DNA of 64,000 bases from assembly GCA_020052615.1 (NCBI GenBank), contig JAGVOT010000128.1, positions 72,250-136,249 of the forward strand. The letters are read 5' to 3'. This DNA is from Nitrospirota bacterium (lineage in GTDB: Bacteria > Nitrospirota > UBA9217). The first letter of the stretch is position 1. Each line of letters opens with the position of its first letter. The notes under the pieces were generated by a model that ran no database searches, had not been told where the DNA came from, and saw only the letters and a list, made by a program, of their open reading frames with translations. Made by a program: the position numbers and the translations under genes. Positions 37,790 to 49,403 of this stretch are shown here, piece after piece.

Positions 37790-37833
37790 ACAGGGAGTGT
37801 CCTGTTAGTGTCCTGTTAGCGTCCTGTTAGCGT
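37790..37833. repeat. 11-bp tandem direct repeat (GTCCTGTTAGC-like, 4 units)
   Basis: gtcctgttagt gtcctgttagc gtcctgttagc gtcctattact, about 55 bp from the tRNA 3' end. Confidence 0.6.
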
Positions 37834-37886
37834 CCTATTACTAAAGCAAAGGGGTTCCAGCATATGCTGGAACCCCTTGAAATGAT

Positions 37887-37963
<77 letters not shown>

Positions 37964-38009
37964 ATAAGAAATGCATAATAAGCTACGATGTACGCAATGT
38001 CAAGAACTA

Positions 38010-39542
38010 TTAAAAGATCTTCGGCGGTTTTGTATCGAGGAAAACGTTCACGACGGTCGAGGAAGCGCTCACGTTCCCCACGGCATCGGAGGTTACCGCG
38101 CTGAAGGCATTGTTGCCCTCCTGCAGGTTGACCTTGAACGCGACAGCGCCCTTCTCATCGGCCTTCAATGATCCCTTGGAAACACTGTTCATGAAAAGTT
38201 CGACCAGGGACGCAGGCTCCGCGGTCCCCTTGACGGTGATCACCGTGTCCCGGCTGACGAACGGCAGATCTCCGAGCTTGGGCGGAGCAGGCGGAATGGT
38301 CTTCAGGACCACGATGATACTGGCTGCCTTGGCCTGGTTCCCGGCCCGGTCGGTCGCGGTAGCGGTGATCGAGTTGCTCCCCTCGGCCAGGTTCACGCCG
38401 GAGAGCGTGAAGAAGCCCTTCGATACCTGGACCGGCGTGTTGTTCACCTTGACCGTGGCAAGGGAGTCGTCGATCGTGCCGGTAACTGCTATCATTTTTT
38501 TGTTCGTCAGGACCTGGTCCTTGGGCGCCGTAAGAGAGATCCTGGGCGGGACCGTGTCCACCGTGACCTTGATGGAAGAGGTGGCGCTGTTGCCCGCCTT
38601 GCTCACCGCCTTCGCCGTGATGGTGTTGACCCCTTCTTCGAGCCGGACCTCCTTCGCGGTGAACGTCCCCGGAGCGAGATCGGCTGCCACTGCCCCTGTC
38701 CTGGTGGGACTGGTCACAACGGTCACAGCGGCTGCCTTGCCGTCGGCAATACCCGATACGGTCACTGTTTTACTATTGATGAGGCTGTTGCTCTGGGGAC
38801 CGGTGATCTCGACCGTCGGCGGCTTGCTGTCAAGGACGACCACGATGGAATCCATGCCCGTATTCACAAAGGGATCGGTGGCGACAGCGGTAATGGTGTT
38901 GCTCCCCTCGACGATATTCACCCTGGCGCTGAACACGCCCCGCTCCAGGGAACCGACGACACCGTTCACCATGACCCGGACATTGGCGTTGTCCACGCTG
39001 CCGGTGACCACGATGGGCGACTGGTTCACATACTGGTTTGGCTTGTGGGAGTTGATCTTGATCTTCGGAGGCTGGGTATGGAGCGTGAAGCTCCAGGTCA
39101 CCGACGCGGGATTGCCCGCCTTATCGTCGATATCGACCTTCACCCTGTGGACACCGTCGGCGAGCGGCGCTGCGGGCGTATAGGTCACTTTGTTCGGAGT
39201 TGCCTGCGCCTGTGCCGAAACGTCGACGCCGTCAATGAAGAGTTTCGTTTCCGCCGGGTTGATCCCGATGCCGTCGTCGGAATATTCGGCTGTGATCGTG
39301 GGTTTGGCATTGTTGATGAGACTTCCGTCGGAAGGATTCAAACTGGTATACACCCGTCCAGTTGGAACGGTCTTTCTCTCGGCCGGAGCCTTTCTGGCGG
39401 CCGGCGCCGGAGACGGCGTTTGGGTTTGAGCACCGTAAATGGCGGTCTCTTGCAGACAGAACAACAAGGAAAACACAATAACAGCAACGCGTTTATGCAC
39501 GGTTTTTCCTCCAGCTTCAAAAATGGTACCAGAGATTACCAA
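38010..39542 (-). CDS. Secreted protein with tandem bacterial Ig-like domains
   Basis: Signal-peptide-like N-terminus (KRVAVIVFSLLFCL...AQ). Repetitive T/V/S-rich β-strand modules (...TVTVSGIADG..., ...ITAKAVSKAGNSATSS...). Confidence 0.7.
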   Translation of the reverse strand: MVISGTIFEAGGKTVHKRVAVIVFSLLFCLQETAIYGAQTQTPSPAPAARKAPAERKTVPTGRVYTSLNPSDGSLINNAKPTITAEYSDDGIGINPAETKLFIDGVDVSAQAQATPNKVTYTPAAPLADGVHRVKVDIDDKAGNPASVTWSFTLHTQPPKIKINSHKPNQYVNQSPIVVTGSVDNANVRVMVNGVVGSLERGVFSARVNIVEGSNTITAVATDPFVNTGMDSIVVVLDSKPPTVEITGPQSNSLINSKTVTVSGIADGKAAAVTVVTSPTRTGAVAADLAPGTFTAKEVRLEEGVNTITAKAVSKAGNSATSSIKVTVDTVPPRISLTAPKDQVLTNKKMIAVTGTIDDSLATVKVNNTPVQVSKGFFTLSGVNLAEGSNSITATATDRAGNQAKAASIIVVLKTIPPAPPKLGDLPFVSRDTVITVKGTAEPASLVELFMNSVSKGSLKADEKGAVAFKVNLQEGNNAFSAVTSDAVGNVSASSTVVNVFLDTKPPKIF

Positions 39543-39631
39543 AACAAACGGTCTTTGTCAATATTAATTGTCCCGGAACGGGGTCGAGTTCGGTCTTTGG
39601 CCAAGTTGAATTGCGATGGTCGAAGGCATGA

Positions 39632-40090
39632 TCACGAGGACGGTTTCCCAGTGTTCTCCCGTCGATACCGCTTCAACGACCAAAGAAAAGCGAAATAGGA
39701 AAGTCCCGCTGCGATCGAACCGACTGCGACCGTGCCCGCGAGATAAGGCCAGAGAAAGGGAAGGAGAAGATCGTAAAGCTCCCGGACGCCCAACGAACCC
39801 CAGGCGATATCCGGCACCTGCACACCGCTACGCGTCACCTTCACGCCGAACCAGAGACAGAAGGCATACATCGGGACGATGGTCCAGGGATTGTTCACAA
39901 AGGAGGCCGTCAGAACGACGACCTTGTTCAGACGGAACAGCCACGCCAGAAAGACCGCGGACACGATATGGAGGCCGAGCCAGGGGCTGAAAGCGATAAA
40001 GATCCCCAGTGCGAACGCCAGCGAAAGCCTGTGCGGCGGCTCGTCGAGCTTCAGGACCTCCCGAATGCGTTCACGGAGATACGTGCTCAT
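39632..40090 (-). CDS. DUF2062-family small membrane protein
   Basis: ...LSLAFALGIFIAFSPWLGLHIVSAVFLAWLFRLN... Multiple TM helices. Confidence 0.55.
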   Translation of the reverse strand: MSTYLRERIREVLKLDEPPHRLSLAFALGIFIAFSPWLGLHIVSAVFLAWLFRLNKVVVLTASFVNNPWTIVPMYAFCLWFGVKVTRSGVQVPDIAWGSLGVRELYDLLLPFLWPYLAGTVAVGSIAAGLSYFAFLWSLKRYRRENTGKPSS

Positions 40091-41100
40091 CGGGACGATC
40101 CGCGTCCGCGGCCGCTCCGAAAGTGATCGTACCCCGCGGGAGCCATCGGACGGATCTCGCCCTTTTCCGTGACCATGCGCATTCCCATCCTGCGGGTGAC
40201 CGCACCAATCACGGTGGCCCGAATTCGCAGAGACATGACCTCCCGCTCCCGTTCAACCGGAGACGTAAACAGCAGTTCGTAGTCCTCACCGCCCGACAGG
40301 GCATATTCAAATGGTTGTTGCTCCAGCCCTTTTATTGACGTCAGTTCATTCGAGAACGGTATTCGATCGGCATAGACCTCCGCCCCTGCCCTGCTCTGCA
40401 CGCAGAGGTGGCCCAGGTCCGATGACAGGCCGTCGCTGACATCGATCATGGCCGATGCAAGGCCTGACAGCGCGAGCTTCCGTCCCTCGGCAACGCGAGG
40501 TGTCGGCCGGAGATGCCTCTCAATCAACCTTCTGACTCCTGGCTTCCGGCTCCTGACCCCTGCCTTCAGCAGCTCCAGCCCTGCCGCCGAGTCCCCCAGC
40601 GTCCCCGTAACATAGATCAGGTCCCCCGGTCTCGCTCCCGCGCGGGTGATCACCCGTTTTCTGTCCGCTTCGCCAAGAACGGTCACGCTGATCACAAAGT
40701 CCTTCCGGGAAGCGCAGGTGTCACCGCCGACAAGGACCGTTCTCTGCTTCCTGATGCAATCAGAAAGGCCGAGATAGAACTCGTCTATCTGCTCAACCGT
40801 CAGAGACGAGGGTATCCCCAGCGCCGTCAGGCAGAACCGGGGCATTCCGCCCATGGCCGCGATGTCGCTCAGGTTCGCGGCCGCGGCCTTCCACCCCAGG
40901 GAGTACAGATCGGTGGTCTTAAGGTCGAAGTGGACGCCTTCGATCAGCATGTCGGTGGTGGCAAGGAGCGCGGCGGAAGGCGAAAGCAAAAGCGCCGCAG
41001 CATCGTCTCCAATGCCGATCGGCGCTCTTTTCGTGCTGCGTACTGCGGTCCGACCGATCCTGTCGATCAGTCCGAATTCACCAAGGTCGGATATTTTCAT
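40087..41100 (-). CDS. thiL: Thiamine-monophosphate kinase
   Basis: MKISDLGEFGLIDRI...IGIGDDAA...DMLIEGVHF... AIR-synthase-related fold typical of ThiL. Confidence 0.8.
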   Translation of the reverse strand: MKISDLGEFGLIDRIGRTAVRSTKRAPIGIGDDAAALLLSPSAALLATTDMLIEGVHFDLKTTDLYSLGWKAAAANLSDIAAMGGMPRFCLTALGIPSSLTVEQIDEFYLGLSDCIRKQRTVLVGGDTCASRKDFVISVTVLGEADRKRVITRAGARPGDLIYVTGTLGDSAAGLELLKAGVRSRKPGVRRLIERHLRPTPRVAEGRKLALSGLASAMIDVSDGLSSDLGHLCVQSRAGAEVYADRIPFSNELTSIKGLEQQPFEYALSGGEDYELLFTSPVEREREVMSLRIRATVIGAVTRRMGMRMVTEKGEIRPMAPAGYDHFRSGRGRGSSR

Positions 41101-41203
41101 GTTCATGATCATCACAAAGACACAAGGCACTAAGTTTTCCGAAGCGGGAATATCCTTCGTGTCTTAGTGCCTTGGTGGTTTCTTAATTCCTACTTCTGCT
41201 CTT

Positions 41204-43681
41204 TCAGTGCGTCGCCCGCGACCTGCCGGGCTTCTTTCCGCGGGGTATAGGGCGTCGCAGTTTCTTCTTGAGCGCGGTGCCGATCACATCGTCCATGGTC
41301 TCGGCCAGGACGAACTTCATGTCCTTCCGGATCTCCTTGGGGATGTCGTCAAGGTCCTTCTCGTTCAGTTTGGGGATGATGACGGTCGTGATACCCGCCC
41401 TCCGGGCCGCAAGCGTCTTCTCCTTGAGGCCGCCGATCGGCAGGACCCGGCCCCGCAAGGTGACTTCGCCGGTCATTGCCAGGTTCTTCCGCACCGGCTC
41501 GTTGGTGAAGACTGAAGCGAGCGCGGTGGCCATGGTGACGCCGGCCGACGGGCCGTCCTTCGGGATGGCCCCCGCGGGAACATGGATATGCACATCGGTC
41601 TTGCCGAACCGCTCGATGTTGATGCCCAGTTCGGTCGCCCGGGAACGGACATAGGTGAGCGCCGCGTGGGCGGACTCCTTCATCACGTCGCCCAGTTGGC
41701 CGGTGAGGGTGAGCGTGCCCTTCCCCCGCATCGTGGTCGCTTCTATGTAGAGGACGTCGCCGCCGGTCTCGGTCCAGGCGAGGCCCGTCACCACGCCGAT
41801 CTCGTCCTTCGTCCGCTCCGCCTCGGGCAGGAACTTGGGAACACCGAGGTATTTGTGCAGGTTCGCGGTCGTGATCGTGAACAGGCCGGTCTCTCCTTCG
41901 GCGATCTTCCGCGCCACCTTTCGGCAGAGATGACCGATCTCCCGCTCGACGTTCCGCACGCCTGCTTCCCGGGTATATTCCTCGATGATCTTGAGGATCG
42001 TCTTGTCCGGAATGGCGATGTTCTTCTCGGTGATGCCGTGCTCCTTCAGCTGCCGGGGGACAAGATAGCTTTTCGCGATGCCCAGTTTCTCATGCTCCGA
42101 ATACCCCGACAGCCGTATGATCTCCATCCGGTCCTTGAGCGGTCCCGGAATGGGGTCCGTCATGTTCGCCGTGGTGATGAACATCACGTTGGACAGGTCG
42201 AAGGGCAGGCCGATGTAGTGGTCGCTGAACGAGTTGTTCTGCTCCGGGTCGAGCACCTCCAGGAGCGCCGCCGACGGGTCGCCGCGGAAGTCCGCGCCGA
42301 TCTTGTCGATCTCGTCGAGCATGAACACCGGATTGTTCGAGCCCGCGGTCTTGATGCCCTGAATGATCCTGCCCGGCAGCGCCCCCACATAGGTCCTGCG
42401 GTGGCCGCGGATCTCGGCCTCGTCCCGCACGCCGCCCAGTGAGATGCGCACGAACTCCCGTCCCAGCGACCGGGCGATGGATTTGCCGAGCGATGTCTTG
42501 CCCACGCCGGGAGGCCCCACGAAGCACAGAATGGGACCCTTCATCTTGTCCTTGAGCTTGCGCACCGCGAGATACTCGAGGATCCGCTCCTTCACCTTTT
42601 CGAGGTCATAGTGGTCCTCTTCAAGGATCTTTTCGGCTGCCTTGAGATCGAGGTTGTCCTTGGTCACCTTGCTCCAGGGAAGCTCGGCGAGCATCTCGAT
42701 GTACGTCCTGGTCATGGAGGCCTCGGCTGCGTCGGGATGCATCCGTTCGAGGCGCCGAAGCTGCTTTTCGGCCTCTTTCATGGCCTTTTCCGGCATCTTG
42801 GCGTCCTTGATCTTATCCTTCAGCTCGCGAATGTCCTCGGACCGGTCGTCCGTATCGCCCAGCTCCTTCTGGATCGCCTTGAGCTGCTCGCGGAGGAAAT
42901 AATCCCGCTGGGTCTTGTCGATCTCGCCCCGGACGTCCGCCTGGATCTTCTGCTGCATGGACAGGAGCTCGATCTCCTTGCCCAAGGCCTCGTTGATCCG
43001 CTTGATCCGCTGCAGGGGGTCCGTAATCTCCAGGATCTCCTGCGCCTGCTCGACCTTGAGCCCCATGTTCGCCACGGCAAGGTCGGCCAGCTTCCCGGGA
43101 TCGTCCACGTTCTCGATGACCACCATGATGTCGGGTAGGATCACCTTGCCGAAGGACACGAGCTTCTCGATCTGCTCCTTGACGTTCCGCATGAGCGCTT
43201 CAAGTTCGATGTTGACCGGCGCCGGCGCGTCGGGAAAGGTCTTGATCTCGACGAGGTAGAACGGCTCCTTTTGTACGAATTTCGTGGTCTTCGCGCGCGA
43301 CACTCCCTGGACGAGGATCTTGATCCTGCCGTCGGGAAGCTTCAGCATCCGCATGATCACCCCGACGGTCCCCATGGAATAGAGGTCGGACGGCGACGGG
43401 TTCTCCACGTTGATGTCCTTCTGGGAGGCGAGATAGATCATCCGGTTCCCTTCCAGCGCCGTCTCGATCGCCTTGATGGACATCTCGCGTCCCACGAACA
43501 GGGGAAGCACCATGTAGGGGAAGACCACGATGTCCCGGATGGGGAGCAGCGGGATCTTCTTGGGGATCTCGATGGACTGCTGAAGGTCGGTACTTTTTGG
43601 TTCGGTCTTTGCCAAGATGGTCTCCTCTGACAGCGTTCGCGGCATTTGGTCGCGCACGTGACGCCGCCGTGAACTCGTCAC
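41204..43681 (-). CDS. lon: ATP-dependent Lon protease
   Basis: [23 protein letters not shown] (LON N-domain). [15 protein letters not shown] (AAA+). [17 protein letters not shown] (protease Ser site). Start codon uncertain (GTG at 43,681 or ATG at 43,645). Confidence 0.9.
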   Translation of the reverse strand: MTSSRRRHVRDQMPRTLSEETILAKTEPKSTDLQQSIEIPKKIPLLPIRDIVVFPYMVLPLFVGREMSIKAIETALEGNRMIYLASQKDINVENPSPSDLYSMGTVGVIMRMLKLPDGRIKILVQGVSRAKTTKFVQKEPFYLVEIKTFPDAPAPVNIELEALMRNVKEQIEKLVSFGKVILPDIMVVIENVDDPGKLADLAVANMGLKVEQAQEILEITDPLQRIKRINEALGKEIELLSMQQKIQADVRGEIDKTQRDYFLREQLKAIQKELGDTDDRSEDIRELKDKIKDAKMPEKAMKEAEKQLRRLERMHPDAAEASMTRTYIEMLAELPWSKVTKDNLDLKAAEKILEEDHYDLEKVKERILEYLAVRKLKDKMKGPILCFVGPPGVGKTSLGKSIARSLGREFVRISLGGVRDEAEIRGHRRTYVGALPGRIIQGIKTAGSNNPVFMLDEIDKIGADFRGDPSAALLEVLDPEQNNSFSDHYIGLPFDLSNVMFITTANMTDPIPGPLKDRMEIIRLSGYSEHEKLGIAKSYLVPRQLKEHGITEKNIAIPDKTILKIIEEYTREAGVRNVEREIGHLCRKVARKIAEGETGLFTITTANLHKYLGVPKFLPEAERTKDEIGVVTGLAWTETGGDVLYIEATTMRGKGTLTLTGQLGDVMKESAHAALTYVRSRATELGINIERFGKTDVHIHVPAGAIPKDGPSAGVTMATALASVFTNEPVRKNLAMTGEVTLRGRVLPIGGLKEKTLAARRAGITTVIIPKLNEKDLDDIPKEIRKDMKFVLAETMDDVIGTALKKKLRRPIPRGKKPGRSRATH

Positions 43682-44553
43682 AGTTTCAATTTCTGCAGAT
43701 AGCTTCGGAACTCATTTCCGAACTCGGCGTTCTTAAGGCCGAACTCAACGGTGGCCTTGAGGAACCCGAGCTTGTCGCCCGCGTCATACCGCTTCCCCTG
43801 GAACTCATAGGCGTAGATCGGCTGCTTCTCCATGAGCAGCCGGAGCCCGTCGGTCAGCTGGATCTCGCCGCCCTTGCCCGGTTTCGTGCGCTCCAGCGCC
43901 GGAAAGATCTCCGGCGTCAGGATGTAGCGCCCGATGATGGCAAGGTTGGACGGCGCGTCCTCGGGAGCGGGTTTTTCAACAAGATCCTTCACCAGATACA
44001 CGCCATCCTCGATCTTCTTGGCGTCGATGACGCCGTAATTGCGGGTCTGCGACCGGGGGACCTTCTGGATGGCAAGGATCGTTGCCGGATACCGCCGGTA
44101 CACGCCCATCATCTGCCTGAGGACCGGCGTTCCGGCGTCAATGACGTCGTCGCCCAGGAGCACGGCGAAAGGATCATTGCCCACCACCAGTTTGGCCGTG
44201 AGCACGGCATGGCCCAGGCCGAGCGCCTTCTTCTGCCGGATATAGCAGAACGTCACCAGGTCGGCAATGCGCTGGATCTCGGACAGCATTTTGTGCTTCC
44301 CCTTGGCCTTGAGCTCCTCCTCGAGCTCGAAGGCCACATCGAAGTGGTCCTCGATGGCCCGTTTGCCGCGCCCCGTGACCAGCACCACCTCTTCGATCCC
44401 CGACGAGACAGCCTCCTCCACCACGTACTGGATAAGCGGCTTGTCCACCAGCGGCAGCATCTCCTTGGGAGACGCTTTGGTCGCGGGCAGGAACCGCGTC
44501 CCGAGGCCCGCGGCGGGGAACACCGCCTTCGTTATCTCTTTCGTCACATGCAT
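43678..44553 (-). CDS. galU: UTP--glucose-1-phosphate uridylyltransferase
   Basis: [40 protein letters not shown] is the canonical GalU N-terminus. Start may instead be the GTG at 44,547. Confidence 0.85.
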   Translation of the reverse strand: MHVTKEITKAVFPAAGLGTRFLPATKASPKEMLPLVDKPLIQYVVEEAVSSGIEEVVLVTGRGKRAIEDHFDVAFELEEELKAKGKHKMLSEIQRIADLVTFCYIRQKKALGLGHAVLTAKLVVGNDPFAVLLGDDVIDAGTPVLRQMMGVYRRYPATILAIQKVPRSQTRNYGVIDAKKIEDGVYLVKDLVEKPAPEDAPSNLAIIGRYILTPEIFPALERTKPGKGGEIQLTDGLRLLMEKQPIYAYEFQGKRYDAGDKLGFLKATVEFGLKNAEFGNEFRSYLQKLKL

Positions 44554-44634
44554 CTCCTTGCGAGATATCGCCAACGAACGTATTCTAGGGGACCGGTCAA
44601 GAAATGTCAAGAACGGAGCGGGACGCGGCGGCTG

Positions 44635-46044
44635 TTACCTCGGGACCGGCACGCTCCCCATGAGGTACTTCATGTCGTCGTCATCGAACCGCAGGCCGAC
44701 GCCGGCGAACCCGGTGGCGCGGGAGGAGTTCAGGAAGTTGTCATACCCGCCGTTCACGAACAGAAGCTTGGTGATATGCCAGGTCGCGGTCGCCTTCATA
44801 TGCGTGTTCAGGTTGTTCGGCTCTTTGCTGTTGAAGTTCCAGGCATCGATACTGAACTTCACCCGGTCGTCGAAAGCGAAGAGGTCACCGCCGACGCCGC
44901 CTTCGGACTCGAGGATCCCCATCCGGATCGCGAGGTTGCCCCAGCGCTTGGCGAACTCCAGGCTGAACTTGAGCTTGTCCTTGTAGGTCTCGTTGACCGT
45001 GGTGACGCCGTTGTTCACGCTCACGGTCTTGTCGTACTTGCCGAAGGGATCACTCAGGACCTCCACGATATAGTACTGGTCCATCTTGGGCTTCAGTTCG
45101 AGCGTGAAGTAGCTCTTGGACTCGGAGAACATGTACTCGTTCCGGAACGCAACGGTCGTCTTCATGCGCTCGACCTTCGACACGTAATCGCTGATGCCCT
45201 TGGCGGCGCTGTCGATGTTGCTGTACATGCTGTCCTCGTTCACCAGTTTGCCCAAGGTTCCCTCGCCCCGGTCGATCTTCTTCGTCACGTTCTCGATGGA
45301 GGCCAGGGCCATCTCGGCGCTCTTGGACGCCTCCTTGACGTTCTCGAGGGTCGTCTTAAGGTTGTCCTTGTTATCGTTCACCACGCCGTTCAGGTTCTCG
45401 GCGAGTTCGTTCAGGCGCATGATCAGTTCGCTCCCGTCGCCTCGCAGGGCGTAGGAGAACTCCTTGATGTTGGCTGTGGTCTGGCGGAGGTCCTGGAGAA
45501 TATCCTCCATGGACCTCTCCCCTCGCTGGCTGCCGAAAACATTGCTCATCGAGCCCGTGACCTTCTTGATATCGTCGGCGATGGCCGACAGCTTGCTGAT
45601 CAGCTGGTCCGCGTCGCTTGCCGGCACTGTCCGTGCCACACGGTCCCCTTCCTTGAGGAAACCTGAGCGTTCCTTCCCCATCTGCTCCAGTTCGGCCTGC
45701 GGTTGCGGGGGTATGAGATCGACGTATTTGTCCCCGAGGAGCCCCATGGTCTTGACGGCGGCCTCGGCGCCTTTCGGGATCTTGACATCGGGATTGATGA
45801 GCAGAATGACCTTCGCCTTGCTGTCTTCCAGTTCCACCGCCTCCACGGTCCCGATCTGGACGCCGGCCATGCGCACAGCCGCCTTGAGATCGAGACCGGA
45901 CACCGTATCGAACGTCGCCGTGACCGTGTAACCCTCCGGCTTGCCGAAATCGAACTTGCCGACCATCATGGTCATCCACAGGAGTATGACGGAACTCCCG
46001 AGAACCAGCAGGCCGACCTTCGCTTCAGCGCTTAAGTTATTCAT
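44635..46044 (-). CDS. MCE-family (MlaD-like) periplasmic lipid-transport protein with a long C-terminal helical extension
   Basis: N-terminal TM helix (VGLLVLGSSVILLWMTMMV). MCE domain (...VRMAGVQIGTVEAVELED...VILLINPDVKIP). Lies beside mlaFE. Confidence 0.7.
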   Translation of the reverse strand: MNNLSAEAKVGLLVLGSSVILLWMTMMVGKFDFGKPEGYTVTATFDTVSGLDLKAAVRMAGVQIGTVEAVELEDSKAKVILLINPDVKIPKGAEAAVKTMGLLGDKYVDLIPPQPQAELEQMGKERSGFLKEGDRVARTVPASDADQLISKLSAIADDIKKVTGSMSNVFGSQRGERSMEDILQDLRQTTANIKEFSYALRGDGSELIMRLNELAENLNGVVNDNKDNLKTTLENVKEASKSAEMALASIENVTKKIDRGEGTLGKLVNEDSMYSNIDSAAKGISDYVSKVERMKTTVAFRNEYMFSESKSYFTLELKPKMDQYYIVEVLSDPFGKYDKTVSVNNGVTTVNETYKDKLKFSLEFAKRWGNLAIRMGILESEGGVGGDLFAFDDRVKFSIDAWNFNSKEPNNLNTHMKATATWHITKLLFVNGGYDNFLNSSRATGFAGVGLRFDDDDMKYLMGSVPVPR

Positions 46045-46287
46045 TGCAGCTCCGGTAATGCGTGATCAGGCATCGATAATTCGTTCATTATGCCAATTTT
46101 GGTCCGCAAACTCAATCCTTTATTAACGACCTATAAAATAATCTTTGACACAGAAGATGCGGACCAGTACGTATGATAACGGCGGATACCGCGCAATCAA
46201 GAGTTTCTGTTCTTATCCGCCTTTATCCGTTCTTCGTCCGCCTTTTCCGTGTCAGAGATCCTGCTATAGCTGTCTTCTTCCTTAACC

Positions 46288-47046
46288 CTAGTCCGCCGTA
46301 ATGGGCCCCACCGCGCTGCCGGTGATGAACTGCTTCACAATGGGATTCGTCGTGCCCCGGATCTGGTCGGGCGTGCCGATCTCCTGGATCTCGCCCTTGT
46401 ACAGCATGGCTATGCGGTCGGATATTTTGTAGGCGCTGTGCATGTCGTGGGTTATGGCCACCGAGGTCACGCCCAGCTTTTTCTTGAGATCGACGATCAG
46501 ATCGTTGATCGAATCGGCAGTGATCGGGTCCAGGCCGGTGGTCGGCTCATCGTACAGGATGATCTCCGCGTCCATGGCAATTGCCCGCGCCAGCCCCACG
46601 CGCTTTTTCATTCCGCCCGACAGGTCCACGGGCATCTTGTCCTCCACGTTCTTGAGCCCCACAAGCGCCAGTTTCTCCGTGGCGACCGCCCGGATCTCCT
46701 TATCGGACATTTTCGTGTGTTGCTTCAGGCCGAAGCCGACGTTCTCCCAGACCGTGAGCGAGTCGAAGAGCGCCGCCATCTGGAAGAGCATGCCGAACTT
46801 CTTCCGGAGCTCGTTTAACTGGTGGTCGTCGAGATCGTTCAGGACCTGACCGGCGACCTTCACCTGCCCCTTGTCGGGGAACAGCAGGCCGATGATGTGC
46901 TTGATGAGCACGCTCTTTCCGCTGCCGCTGCCCCCGATGACCGTCATGCTCTCGCCCTTCTCCACGGTGAGGTTGACGCCGCGAAGGACCGTAAGGGCCC
47001 CGAAGCTTTTGTGCAGATTGGTGATCTCGATCATCGGTTCGGACAT
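46288..47046 (-). CDS. mlaF: ABC transporter ATP-binding protein MlaF-like
   Basis: Walker A GGSGSGKS. Signature LSGGMKKRVGLARA. Walker B ILYDEPTTGLD. Confidence 0.85.
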   Translation of the reverse strand: MSEPMIEITNLHKSFGALTVLRGVNLTVEKGESMTVIGGSGSGKSVLIKHIIGLLFPDKGQVKVAGQVLNDLDDHQLNELRKKFGMLFQMAALFDSLTVWENVGFGLKQHTKMSDKEIRAVATEKLALVGLKNVEDKMPVDLSGGMKKRVGLARAIAMDAEIILYDEPTTGLDPITADSINDLIVDLKKKLGVTSVAITHDMHSAYKISDRIAMLYKGEIQEIGTPDQIRGTTNPIVKQFITGSAVGPITAD

Positions 47047-47050
47047 AGGA

Positions 47051-47824
47051 TCACCAGAGGAGCGCCGACAGAAAATAGTCGAGGATCAGGATCAGCATGC
47101 ATGACACGACGACCGCGCCCGTCGTCGCCTTACCCACGCCTTCGGCGCCGCCCTCGGTATTGAACCCTTTATAGCAGCCGATAAGACCGATGACCGCCCC
47201 GAAGACCAGGGATTTGACCAGGCCGTACCAGATGTCCTCCACCTCGGTGTTGTTGATGCTCTGGTTCATGTAGGTCACCGGATTGGTTCCCAGCACCTTG
47301 ACGCCCACGAAGTAACCGCCCAGGATGCCGATATACATTCCCAGACCGGAGAGGAAGAACATCATGATCGTGCTCGCCAGGAACCGCGGCACGACGAGGT
47401 ACTTCATGGGGTTCGTGGCCATGGTATACAGCGCGTCGATCTGCTCGGTCACCCGCATGGTGCCCAGTTCGGCCGCCATGGACGCTCCGGCGCGGCCCGC
47501 CACCATGAGCCCCGTCAGGACCGGCCCCAGTTCGCGGGTCATGGAGAGCGATACCACGGCGCCGATGAGCGACTGCGCGCCGAACCGTTTGAATCCCGTG
47601 TAGCTCTGGAGTGCGAGCACCATGCCCGTGGAGATCGCCGTGGTCAGCACCACGGGGACCGAGTTCACGCCGATCTGCTCCATCTGTTTTAACAGGTTCT
47701 TGAGGTAGAACGGCCTGCTGAAGGTCCAGCGAAAGGTCTGTCCGCAGAATATGATGACCGCGCCCATCTCGCGAAGAAGGGCCAGGGTCTTTTTGCCGAG
47801 CAGTTCCAGCAGTTTGTTTATCAT
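47051..47824 (-). CDS. mlaE: ABC transporter permease MlaE-like
   Basis: Polytopic membrane protein with the MlaE/YrbE pattern. Lies 4 nt upstream of mlaF. Confidence 0.8.
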   Translation of the reverse strand: MINKLLELLGKKTLALLREMGAVIIFCGQTFRWTFSRPFYLKNLLKQMEQIGVNSVPVVLTTAISTGMVLALQSYTGFKRFGAQSLIGAVVSLSMTRELGPVLTGLMVAGRAGASMAAELGTMRVTEQIDALYTMATNPMKYLVVPRFLASTIMMFFLSGLGMYIGILGGYFVGVKVLGTNPVTYMNQSINNTEVEDIWYGLVKSLVFGAVIGLIGCYKGFNTEGGAEGVGKATTGAVVVSCMLILILDYFLSALLW

Positions 47825-48013
47825 ATCAATTCATTCTGCTCATTCAGCGTTCAAGATGGTTTACGGTTTCACTTCCATCATTCCCGCAGGGGTTCTGAGC
47901 GGGGATCAAGCCTCAGCGGTGCAATAAACTCTGGACCCCCGATTTAGACTCTTCGATGACGGTCGGGTGGTAGGTACATACAATAACGAGATCGCAGGTC
48001 AAACATGGAATCC

Positions 48014-49201
48014 TTAACCTTGAACCTGTTTTACGATCCTCGGCACCCTGCCGCTGATCCCGCAAAGCACCTCGTAGGCGATCGTGCCGGTCTTCGCGGC
48101 GATGTCATCGGCCGTGATACGTTCGTTCCCGCTACTGCCGATGAGCATTACCTCGTCGCCGGCTGCGACGCCCGGGATGCCGGTTACGTCCAGCATGGTC
48201 ATGTCCATGCACACCCGCCCCGCGACCGGTACACGCTTCTCCCGTACGATCGCTTCTCCCCGGTTGGAGAGCCCGCGGCTGTACCCGTCGGCATAACCGA
48301 TGGGAATGGTGGCGATAAGGCTCTCCCGTTCCGTAACAAAGGTCCTGCCGTAGCTGATGGGGACGCCGGCCGGCACCTTCTTGAGAGAGGCGATACGCGT
48401 CACCAGCGAGAGAACCGGCCGGACATTTGCGGCGCCCCTGTTCTCCAGCGGATCATATCCGTACAGCATCAACCCCGGCCGGACCATGGTCAGGAGCGCC
48501 CGGTCGTATTCCAGCACGGCGGCGCTGTTGGCCGCATGGCGGAGCGGAATGGTGATGCCCTTTGCGTCCAGTGAGCCCATCAAGGATTCGAACCGGTCCA
48601 TCTGAAGGGCGGCGAACTTCTTGTCCCGGAGGTCGGCGTCAGAAAAATGGGTCATCAGCCCCTCGACGAACAGGCCCGGCAATGTACTTATCGCGGGAAC
48701 GAACTCCGCTGCTGCCTCGGGCGTGAGCCCGATCCTGCCCATCCCCGTGTCGATCTTCACGTGCACCGGGACCGTTCTTCCTGCATTGCCCGCGGCGTCG
48801 GAAAGCGCTTTCGCGACCGGCAGAGTGTACACGAGCGCCGTAAGATCAGACGTGACCATCACTTCGGCCTGTTCGGGAAAGACCGGCCCCATGACGAGGA
48901 TGGGAGCTGTGATACCGGCGTCGCGGAGGCATCTCCCCTCCTCCACCAGTGCCACGCCGAACATATGGGCGCCCAGTCCCGCCAGGTGACGGGCGACAGG
49001 GATCGCGCCGTGGCCGTAGGCCTGCGCCTTGACCACTGCAAGGACCTTCCTCCCGCTGATGCGCCGCGTCACTTCGGCGTAATTATGGGTCAGGGCATGC
49101 AGGTCGATCACCGCCTTCGTCGGTCGGTCGGTGGCCGGGCTGTCGGCCCCGGAAACAATGGGCGAGCAGGCATACCCTCGATCAGTGTATGGTGCTCTCA
49201 T
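48014..49201 (-). CDS. alr: Alanine racemase
   Basis: ...VIDLHALTHNYAEV...LAVVKAQAYGHG... is the PLP-Lys motif. Start placed at MRAPYTD; the long N-terminal ORF extension is probably not translated. Confidence 0.8.
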   Translation of the reverse strand: MRAPYTDRGYACSPIVSGADSPATDRPTKAVIDLHALTHNYAEVTRRISGRKVLAVVKAQAYGHGAIPVARHLAGLGAHMFGVALVEEGRCLRDAGITAPILVMGPVFPEQAEVMVTSDLTALVYTLPVAKALSDAAGNAGRTVPVHVKIDTGMGRIGLTPEAAAEFVPAISTLPGLFVEGLMTHFSDADLRDKKFAALQMDRFESLMGSLDAKGITIPLRHAANSAAVLEYDRALLTMVRPGLMLYGYDPLENRGAANVRPVLSLVTRIASLKKVPAGVPISYGRTFVTERESLIATIPIGYADGYSRGLSNRGEAIVREKRVPVAGRVCMDMTMLDVTGIPGVAAGDEVMLIGSSGNERITADDIAAKTGTIAYEVLCGISGRVPRIVKQVQG

Positions 49202-49403
49202 TGATCTCCTCGAAGGTATTGGATGCGGGCAGTATCTCGATCTTGTCGAACGACTGGGCGCAGTCCATGCAATCCCAGTGGTGGATGGTCCAGAATTCAA
49301 AGTCCAACTCAAGGCTGTAGTCGTCGTCCTGGTACAGGTTCGTCCCGCCGCAGTACGGGCACATGATCGGTTCCATGATCAGCCTCCGATCGTCATTCTT
49401 CAT
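49182..49403 (-). CDS. Possible small zinc-ribbon protein
   Basis: MCPYCGG...CMDCAQ, two CxxC pairs. Weak call; it overlaps the alr 5' end. Confidence 0.25.
   Translation of the reverse strand: MKNDDRRLIMEPIMCPYCGGTNLYQDDDYSLELDFEFWTIHHWDCMDCAQSFDKIEILPASNTFEEINESTIH

Noticed and set aside
43597-45666. 689-aa plus-strand ORF spanning the lon/galU/MCE region
   Set aside because: It is antisense to three strongly supported minus-strand genes. Its composition is extremely Leu/Gly/Asp/His-biased, a mirror of the sense codons.
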